DNA of 64,000 nt from positions 1 through 64,000 of the forward strand of contig CAWGRK010000005.1 in assembly GCA_963824995.1 (NCBI GenBank), given 5' to 3'. Within the stretch, counting starts at the first letter, position 1. The number at the start of each line of letters is the position of its first letter. Both the position numbers and the translations under genes were made by a program. The notes beneath the pieces were generated by a model. The model saw only the letters and a list, made by a program, of their open reading frames with translations, was not told the origin of the DNA and ran no database searches. Positions 60,270 through 64,000 of the stretch are shown here, piece by piece. Source of the stretch: an uncultured Actinomycetes bacterium. Lineage in GTDB: Bacteria; Actinomycetota; Acidimicrobiia; Spongiisociales; DATADW01.

Positions 60270-63087
60270 TCAGTCGCGCAGCAAGCCGACCCGCCGGGCG
60301 ACGTCGGCGGCCTCGATGCGTCGGGCGACGCCGAGCTTTTGCAGGATGTGCGACACGTGCACACCCACAGTGCGGGAGCTGATGAAGAGGGCCTTGGCGA
60401 TCTCCGCATTGCTCCGACCGGCGGCGAGCAGCGGCAGCACCTCCAGCTCTCGCGCCGTCAGAGCCGCGGAGAATGCTTCTCCCGTCGCGCTGTCTGCGCC
60501 CGGAAGCGGGAGCCGCGCCCGTCGGGCCAGCTGTTCCACCGCGGTCCGCAAAGGCTCGGCGCCGAGCCGCCGCGCGACCCCGTGCGCCCATGCCAGGTGG
60601 GTGGCCGCCTCGGAACGGCCCGAGCGGTTCGCCGCCAGTGCCCACGCCAGCCGCCACCGCATCCCCGCCTCCTGATACGGGTCCCCTGCCCGGTCCCACG
60701 CCTCGACGGCCTCGTGCCATGGTCCAGCGATCCGCTCACCGGCCGCCCGGCCCAGCTCGGCCCGGGCGGTGCACGCTAGGGCGTGCCGGCGGGGGTGATC
60801 GGCCTCGTCGATCTCGGCGACCGCGACGGCGAGTTGGGCGCGCTCGCTCGGTGTTGGGGTCCCGGCCGCGAAGAATCCTCAGCTCGCCCTGACTGGCCTC
60901 GACCCGGCAGAGCACAGCGAGCGCCTCAGCGTGGCTATCGGAGTCGGCGGCGGCGAGGCGATCGGCCTCCCGGGAGCTGGCCTCCGCCCGCTCGATCTCT
61001 CCACCCCAGAGCAACGCCTCGGCCTGGGCGGTCAGTGCGAAGGCGAGGGGCAGTGGCTGCTGGGGCGCCAGTTCTGCCAGGGCTTGGGTCCGCTCGAGGG
61101 CCTCCGCCAGTCGGGCGCCGTCGCCCCGCCAGGAGGCAAGCCGGGCCCGGTAGGCCCAGGTGAAGTAGGCAGGGATGCCAACGACCCGGAGCCCGAGGTT
61201 GCGTTCGATGGTTGCCGCGGCCTCGTCCCACCGGCCGGTCTCGAGCAGCAATTCAGCCAGCATGTAGCGCAGGGCCGCCTCCAGGCTCTGTCCGAGGCCG
61301 TCGAGGGCGGCAGCACGGAGAGCGGCACGCAGGTTCGACTCCCGCCCAGAGGACATCCCGAGCCGCTGCAGGCTGAGGTTGAGCCACATCCGGGTGAGGG
61401 CTATCTGGTCGCCGGCACCGAGGGCGGTCGCCATCCGGCACGACTCCTCAAGCGCCCTGTGTCCCTCCCCGGTGCCGAGCCGGGCGATACCCCACGCCAG
61501 GAACACCTGCCAGCGGACCTCGGCATCGTCGGAACCGTTGCCGGCGGCCATCGCCTCGTCGGAGAGGCGCTGCGCCTCGGGGTAACTGAACGTGGCGGCG
61601 AGATGCCACGCCATCCCGGAGACCACCCTGGCCCGCACCGCGGCGGGAGCGTCCGGGGGCAGGACCCGGACCGCTTCTTCGTAGGCGGCCCGAGACCCAA
61701 GTCCGTCCCCGCCCTCCCACCGGTAGCGCGCCAACCGCTCCCACCGCAGCGCCTGCTCGGCAGGCTCGGGGGCGAGGGTGAGGCGCTCCTCGGTCAGCGA
61801 GGCTGCCCTGTCGAAGGCTCCCGACCGCTCCGCGGCCATCGCAGCCCGGCGCAACAACTCGTCTCGGGGACCGCAGGCGGACTGCTGGGACCGACTCAGC
61901 GAGGGCCACGCCTCGAGCACCCGCTCGAGGTGCTGGTGGGCCGCGGCCGGTGCGTGCAGCCGTTCGGCTTTGTCGGCTGCAGCGAGGTGAGCTGGGGCAG
62001 CCCGGTTGGGCATGCCGGACAACTGCCAGTGCGTAGCCAGAACCGCGGGATCGACGTCGGAGCGACCCGCCAGGACCGCAGCGAAGAGACCGTGCAATTG
62101 GCGACGGCGACCGGGAGGGACGGCGTCGTAAACCGCTTCGCGCAGCAGGTCATGGCGGAACCGGTACCCGTGCGAGTCGACCGTGACCAGGTCTGAGTCG
62201 ACACACCGCCCTAATGCGTCTGCCACTGCGGCGACGTCCCAGCCCAAGACGTCGGCCACAACGAGCTCGTCGCAGGACTCGGCAACGGCGATTACCGCCA
62301 GAGCCTCGGCGACCTCAGGCCCTTGCTCCCGCAGCCGAGCCAGGAACAGGCCACGGAGATGGTCGGGCACTCCCCGGTAGCCAGCGGCGATCACCTCCTC
62401 GACGAGCAGCGGTATGCCGCCGCTGCGTCGGTGGATTTCGGCAACCACCTCTGGTGACGGGGCGGTGTCCGTGATCCCGGCAACCTGATCGGCCACTTGG
62501 CTTGCCGTCAGCGGTCCCAGCACCGCACGCAGCAGCGGGCGGCGTTCCAGAACGTCGGTGAACGCAGCCAGCTCGGTCTGGGTCAGCGGGCCTTCGTAGC
62601 GCAGGGTGACGACCAGCCCCCATCGCCCGATGTCGGCCTGCGTGACCAGATAGGCGAGGATGTCCCTCGTGGCCAGGTCCGACCAGTGGAGGTCCTCGAT
62701 GACCAGAACCAGGGGCGATTGCGCGGCCAAGTCGGCGAGGGTTGCCCCCAGCGCGTTGAAGAGCACGGACCGGGTCGCCGCCTCCCCCGCAGCGAGCATC
62801 CCGACGACCGGGGCGTGGGGCGGGAGGGCAGGGCGCAGAGCCGCCACCAGGGATGTGTAGGGCGGCCCATCCGGCACGCACCGCCCGACCAGGACCCGGG
62901 CGTCGCCCCATAGGTGAGCGGCCTCGGTGACCAGCCGGGACTTGCCCATCCCGGCCCGTCCGTAGACCAGTGCCACTGCCGGCTCCCCCTCGCGCAGACC
63001 GGAGATGAACCCGCCCAGCGCGCGCAGTTCTTCCTCGCGCCCGACCATCCGAGGGCTGGTGGTACGAGACGCCACGACCGGGCTCAT
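60270..63087 (-). CDS. Large ATP-binding LuxR-family regulator (AAA ATPase-TPR-HTH), frameshifted near 60840
   Basis: MVGREEEL, GRAGMGKS, LVIEDLHWSD, SGGIPLLVEE, YRFRHDLLREA; HTH LTARELEVL..GRSNAEIAKALFISSRTVGVHVSHILQKL. Confidence 0.88.
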
Positions 63088-63191
63088 ACCTCAAGTCTGG
63101 TCGCCCGCTAGCAGCCTCGCCATCCACTCGCGGGTGGTATGTCCTCCCCCTCACGGCTCAGTTGACGCCAACCTGGCCCGGATGGGCCATG

Positions 63192-64000
63192 TCACGAAGG
63201 GGCGGTCGAGCCGCTCACTTCCTGTGTTCTGCTCGATCGATTCGCCTCGATATGGTTGACGATGTACTCGGCGTCGCGCCCGACTCCTCCCACAAGCGCC
63301 GAGCTCAACGAGTAGAGGAAGAGAAGCCCCATGAAGTACAAACCGGGGCAAGTCTCGACGATGCCCCGAGTGTGGGCGGGGACGCCGTTGTGAGTGGCCA
63401 GTGGGAGATCGATCCAGTCGTACTTAGGCGTGTATCCGGTGGACCAGATGACGTTGGACACGTCCAAGACACTTCCGTCCTCGAGCACCGGGTAGCCATC
63501 CTCTACACCGGTCGTTCTCCCCACCCGGTCGATGCCAGCTGCGACGATGTCCTTTCGTCGCACCCTGCCCAGGGGAATGCCACGAGGCGGGTCGAGGAAG
63601 TGGTCGCGCATCTTCCTCCCGGGTGGCGTATTCACCGTGAACCGCGTCGCCATGAACCAGAGCACCGGTGTGAGAAGGAGATCGGCACGACTACCGGCAC
63701 GGGTGGGCTCTTGACCGGTGTCCCGGCCTGACAACCACGTCTGGTGATGGCGAGCGACCTCGATGGCTATCTCCGCACCAGAGTTGCCTGCACCCACCAC
63801 GAGCACTCCGCCCTCTTTGAGTTGGGATGGGTTGCGGTAGTCGTTGGAGTGGAGTTGAACGATGCTCTCATCGAGTTCGGAGGCGAACGGCGGGATGCGG
63901 GGGTTGTTGTAGGCGCCCGTGGCCACGATCACGTTGTCGGCGAGCAGCGTGCCGCGGTCACAGACCACCTCGAATCGATCGCCGGTCTTGGACAAACTCT
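63192..64000 (-). CDS. Flavin-containing monooxygenase, CzcO/TrkA-like (partial, 5' end outside window)
   Basis: VIVATG, QLHSNDYRNP (FxGxxxHxxxY-like), VVGAGNSG, VIWSTGY, PGLYFMG, GVGRDA. Confidence 0.88.
   Translation of the reverse strand, partial: SLSKTGDRFEVVCDRGTLLADNVIVATGAYNNPRIPPFASELDESIVQLHSNDYRNPSQLKEGGVLVVGAGNSGAEIAIEVARHHQTWLSGRDTGQEPTRAGSRADLLLTPVLWFMATRFTVNTPPGRKMRDHFLDPPRGIPLGRVRRKDIVAAGIDRVGRTTGVEDGYPVLEDGSVLDVSNVIWSTGYTPKYDWIDLPLATHNGVPAHTRGIVETCPGLYFMGLLFLYSLSSALVGGVGRDAEYIVNHIEANRSSRTQEVSGSTAPS

Noticed and set aside
53220..63087. STAND ATPases as Avs-type defence systems
   Set aside because: Both carry DNA-binding domains (SARP wHTH-BTAD; LuxR HTH) and no nuclease or other effector domain, so they are transcription regulators.

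Overview
A 64 kb window of high-GC, gene-dense bacterial chromosome. An actinobacterial LexA box, an IdeR/DtxR box, an F420-type LLM enzyme, MhuD and frequent leaderless starts point to Actinomycetota, possibly Acidimicrobiia (inference). About 58 CDS are supportable; no rRNA, tRNA, CRISPR array, transposase or prophage was seen. Main blocks: LigC ligase, an Erm-like rRNA methylase with an overlapping leaderless uORF, and HMG-CoA lyase; a myo-inositol catabolic cluster (iolG-iolE-ABC-iolC-aldolase-iolB, iolD, LacI) with two perfect operators; a LexA-boxed Rv2578c-type radical SAM gene with a LAGLIDADG intein inside its CxxxCxxC motif; sirtuin, AceK, Pat acetyltransferase and PPDK; an internally deleted ldhA relic; a trehalose cluster (GH13, otsA, otsB, treS-mak); pyrimidine catabolism (hydA, mmsA, TIGR03842-like LLM); and several large SARP/LuxR regulators. 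Best candidate for an undescribed system is 46.4-51.7 kb: a divergent locus sharing one IdeR/DtxR box, with three lipoproteins (imelysin, di-heme cytochrome c, imelysin) on one side and a vitamin-K-dependent gamma-carboxylase (HTTM) homologue coupled to a MhuD heme oxygenase on the other, and no permease. At least six genes have single-base frameshifts, several at homopolymers, most likely long-read errors. All family assignments come from motif recognition by eye, not database searches.
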